Assembly: GCA_001775095.1 (NCBI GenBank)
Contig: MFCA01000002.1
Location: forward strand, 1-55,702
Direction of reading: 5' to 3'
Source: Candidatus Curtissbacteria bacterium RIFOXYA1_FULL_41_14
Lineage (GTDB): Bacteria > Patescibacteriota > Microgenomatia > Curtissbacterales > GWA2-41-24
Length of the DNA: 55,702 nt
Shown here: positions 52,964 to 55,702 of the stretch, piece after piece
Layout: the number at the start of each line of letters is the position of its first letter
Position numbering within the stretch: position 1 is the stretch's first letter
Notes under the pieces: generated by a model
Told to the model about the DNA's origin: nothing
The model's database searches: none
Seen by the model: the letters and a program-made list of their open reading frames with translations, nothing else
Made by a program: the position numbers and the translations under genes

Positions 52964-52991
52964 TAGGGGTTTCCAGCAATCTCAGATCTAC

Positions 52992-53948
52992 TTATTTATT
53001 CCCGCTATGGAATGCTTTATGAACATCCCTAAGTTGAGCATTGGTAACGTGAGTATAAATTTGGGTTGTTGCCACATTCTTGTGTCCCAAAAGTTCCTGG
53101 ACTGACCTTAAATCCGCACCGTTCATCAGCAAATCCGTCGCAAACGAATGACGCATCACATGGGGTGTAGCCTTAACTGGTAATCGAGCTTTACGTACAT
53201 ACTTTTCTAAAATCCGCTGAACGGATCGAGCAGTTAATCGCATTTTCTCTCCATTAACGGCCGGCTCTTGATTCCCTCTAGTGCGAATAAATAGGGGGTT
53301 AAAGATGTCAGTTCTTTTAGCTAAATAGCGCTCAAGCCAGATTTTTGCTCTGTCAGAAAGAAAGACTACGCGAAGTCTTTGTCCTTTCCCGATAACTCCG
53401 AACTCTCCTCGTTCCAGATTAACCTGGTCGCGATTTAAACGGCAAAGCTCCGAGACTCGAAGACCCGTTGAAAAAAGCATTTCCATAATAGCTTTGTCAC
53501 GAATACCTTGATCAGTAGACATATTAGGCTGGGCGAGCAAACGGTCAACCTGGTCTCTATCTAAAAACTTTAAAGACCGGCTTTCAACCTTTGGCAATTC
53601 AATTTTGTCAGGCGAAATAACGGGTAGATCCTTCCTTATTAAATACTTTAGAAATGACCGAAGAGCGATTACGTAATAATTTTGGGTGACTTTTTTGAGA
53701 GGCAAACCTTGTCCTGAGCGTGTCGAAGGATTACCGTTTGGACTATTGTAATGGGCTAAATTTACTCGATATTTGCGCACTAATTCGACAGTTAAGTCCT
53801 GCGGTTTGCTAATAGGGGAATGAGAACTCGACCAGGTAACAAAATTCTCAAGATAATGCCGATAATCACGAATTGTAAGAGGGGAAAGGTTACGTTCGAT
53901 TTCTAAGTATTCTAAAAACTCATCAACAAGGGCGGGCAAGTCAAACAT
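52992..53948 (-). CDS. xerC: Tyrosine recombinase XerC/XerD family
   Basis: N-terminal SAM-like domain (FLEYLEIERNLSPLTIRDYR). Catalytic R...HVMRHSFAT...GH....T.IYTH. Confidence 0.88.
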   Translation of the reverse strand: MFDLPALVDEFLEYLEIERNLSPLTIRDYRHYLENFVTWSSSHSPISKPQDLTVELVRKYRVNLAHYNSPNGNPSTRSGQGLPLKKVTQNYYVIALRSFLKYLIRKDLPVISPDKIELPKVESRSLKFLDRDQVDRLLAQPNMSTDQGIRDKAIMEMLFSTGLRVSELCRLNRDQVNLERGEFGVIGKGQRLRVVFLSDRAKIWLERYLAKRTDIFNPLFIRTRGNQEPAVNGEKMRLTARSVQRILEKYVRKARLPVKATPHVMRHSFATDLLMNGADLRSVQELLGHKNVATTQIYTHVTNAQLRDVHKAFHSGNK

Positions 53949-53949
53949 G

Positions 53950-54058
53950 TTTGTTATTGTTCGAGAGAAATCGAGAACTTACCTTGTGTCATTCTGGAAG
54001 GAGTGAAACGACTGATAGAATCTCCTTTAGATCCTATCGCTTCGCTCCAGGATGACGA
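53950..54058. repeat. GC-richer hairpin repeats (ttgttcgagag..., gtcattctgg...ccaggatgac)
   Basis: Stem gtcattctgg/ccaggatgac (9 of 10). The motifs are related to 22470-22509 and 52862-52963. Confidence 0.6.
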
Positions 54059-54201
54059 AGGAAAGCTCATACACTATTCTACGACGCTTTCGAAGTAAAA
54101 ATCAATTAGTAGAGAAGTCACTTCCAAAATTCTACGACCCTAGTAATCCGCATGTGCAATCCTAAAACACACCGAGTGTAATGGAAGTATCAACCTATAG
54201 T

Positions 54202-54230
54202 TTGACTAGCTAGGAAAACTCGGGTATAAT
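54202..54230 (+). promoter_or_regulatory. Consensus-like promoter TTGACT-17-TATAAT, 7 nt before the ATG at 54238
   Basis: Read directly. Implies a leaderless mRNA. Confidence 0.55.
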
Positions 54231-54237
54231 TAGAAAC

Positions 54238-55011
54238 ATGGAACCTAAAGAAAAGAAAGGTACCAGAATCGTAATTGGGCCACAAGAGTTAACCCCCGAA
54301 GAACAACGAATCAGAGATGCAACTACTGGAGCCATTGAGCAACTCAGGTCGGATCTCGAAAAATCTCAAGCACTAGCAGAATTTATGGCCAACTATCGTG
54401 CTCTGAGAGCCCTTTGCCGGGCTGACCTTAGCTGGATGCAACCTAATGAAATTACCACAGAATCACTTATTGTATCTTTCCGCTCCCAAACAGAAGCTAT
54501 AGAAGATGCAAAGATTGCCAGTGAACTACTGCCAGTAATCCAATCAACATCTGGTCAACCTGATCAAATCAAAATGACTTTAAAAAGGATTAGGGATAAG
54601 CGAGGTTATTATACCTATGCTGTTTTAGCCCAATTTCCGAAAGGAAAATTTGCGGAGGATCCCGTCTTCGGCCACATGGACAGGCAACCGGATGAGACTG
54701 ACATTATCTATTTTCGGCCAACGTCCCCCTGTGTCCTGCACACGTGTGATGATTTATTCAAAATCCACAGAAATAATGGATTTCATATCCCTTTCAAAAC
54801 AAGAAATGAAGCGGTAGCACTTTTAGAGCAAACTCCAGAAGGTTTAAACGAATATGTAGTATCAAGAACCGAAGAAGGCAGAGTCAAACAAGAAGCCGGT
54901 AATTTTATTTTGGTTGCTTTACACGGCGCATATTCTAACGAAATCAATGTGGTGAGGGTCTCCAAGTTTTTATCAAGACAGACAGGCGCAGAACCATCGA
55001 CACGAAACTAA
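54238..55011 (+). CDS. Hypothetical protein
   Basis: 257-aa ORF with no recognisable motif. It has its own promoter. Confidence 0.55.
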   Translation: MEPKEKKGTRIVIGPQELTPEEQRIRDATTGAIEQLRSDLEKSQALAEFMANYRALRALCRADLSWMQPNEITTESLIVSFRSQTEAIEDAKIASELLPVIQSTSGQPDQIKMTLKRIRDKRGYYTYAVLAQFPKGKFAEDPVFGHMDRQPDETDIIYFRPTSPCVLHTCDDLFKIHRNNGFHIPFKTRNEAVALLEQTPEGLNEYVVSRTEEGRVKQEAGNFILVALHGAYSNEINVVRVSKFLSRQTGAEPSTRN

Positions 55012-55033
55012 TTAGTTGTTACAATTACACTAA

Positions 55034-55702
55034 ATGGCCCAACCTAAGTATAAACGCGTTCTTCTAAAACTTTCCGGTGAAATGTTTCTTGGCAAAAGAG
55101 AATACGGGATTGATCCTGAATTTACCCAGTGGCTAGCAAAGGAAATCGTCAAGGCTCAAAAGGTGGGCTCCCAAATTGCTATTGTCGTTGGCGGCGGTAA
55201 TATCTTCCGCGGTACCGCAGCAGCCGATCATGGCCTTGAACGGACTGTCGGCGACTACATAGGCATGCTGGCAACAATCATGAATTCACTGGCTCTTCAG
55301 GCAGCCTTAGAGAAAGAAAAACAAAAAACACGGGTCCTTTCGGCCATTGAAATTAAAGATGTCGCCGAACCATATATCAGAGGCAGAGCAATCCGCCATC
55401 TGGAAAAGGGGAGAGTCGTCATTTTTGCCGGCGGCACCGGTAATCCTTATTTTACAACCGATACCACTGCAGCCCTACGTGCATTAGAAACTAATTGCGA
55501 AATAATTCTTAAAGCTACCAAAGTTGACGGAGTTTATGATAAAGATCCTAAAAAATTTAAGGATGCCAAAAAATTTGATCACATGTCGTTCAAAAACGCA
55601 ATCACAGACAAACAGATTGGAGTTTTGGATAACAGCGCGCTCTCACTTTGCATGGACCACAAAATTCCGGTTCTGGTTTTTAATCTGAACGAGGAAAATA
55701 AC
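55034..55702 (+). CDS. pyrH: UMP kinase (3' end outside window)
   Basis: YKRVLLKLSGE, IAIVVGGGNIFRG, GGTGNPYFTTDT. The frame is open to the window end. Confidence 0.93.
   Translation, partial: MAQPKYKRVLLKLSGEMFLGKREYGIDPEFTQWLAKEIVKAQKVGSQIAIVVGGGNIFRGTAAADHGLERTVGDYIGMLATIMNSLALQAALEKEKQKTRVLSAIEIKDVAEPYIRGRAIRHLEKGRVVIFAGGTGNPYFTTDTTAALRALETNCEIILKATKVDGVYDKDPKKFKDAKKFDHMSFKNAITDKQIGVLDNSALSLCMDHKIPVLVFNLNEENN

Noticed and set aside
52992-55011. Integrated mobile element or prophage remnant around xerC
   Set aside because: There is no flanking tRNA, no direct-repeat att sites, and no phage, plasmid or transposase genes. The recombinase looks like a chromosomal XerC/D, so the evidence is insufficient.

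Overview
AT-rich bacterial chromosomal window (standard genetic code; TGA is used as a stop). The gene content suggests a reduced, monoderm, CPR/Patescibacteria-like (Microgenomates-like) organism, but that placement is inference only. About two thirds is housekeeping: thrS-infC-rpmI-rplT-pheST, tyrS, recG, rpmF-nusB, an ACP-like gene with rnc, rpsP-KH-trmD, holB, gyrB/gyrA, carAB, pyrH, a class A PBP and tRNA-Val(GAC). One ~18 kb block (19.6-37.7 kb) is a type IV pilus locus with no secretin. It holds pilMNO, a PilX-like protein, three minor pilins, the prepilin peptidase, three pilin paralogues and pilBTC. Three large polytopic GT-C-like membrane proteins sit between the pilin genes. The right end carries a MEDS-PAS histidine kinase, two response regulators, xerC and orphan ORFs. 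The most unusual feature is non-genic: nearly every intergenic gap holds short repeats. These are (i) tandem heptanucleotide arrays, with a different 7-nt unit at each locus, many ending a few nt before a start codon; (ii) long imperfect palindromes whose arms are such arrays, sometimes with GC-richer core hairpins; and (iii) a 50-76 nt MITE/REP-like family with TATATCAG...CTGATATA ends that resemble extended -10 boxes. Several of these elements lie in frame inside conserved genes (carA, carB twice, xerC, pilin and secreted-protein leaders), comparable to Rickettsia palindromic elements. No CRISPR array, rRNA, transposase or recognisable defence system was seen.
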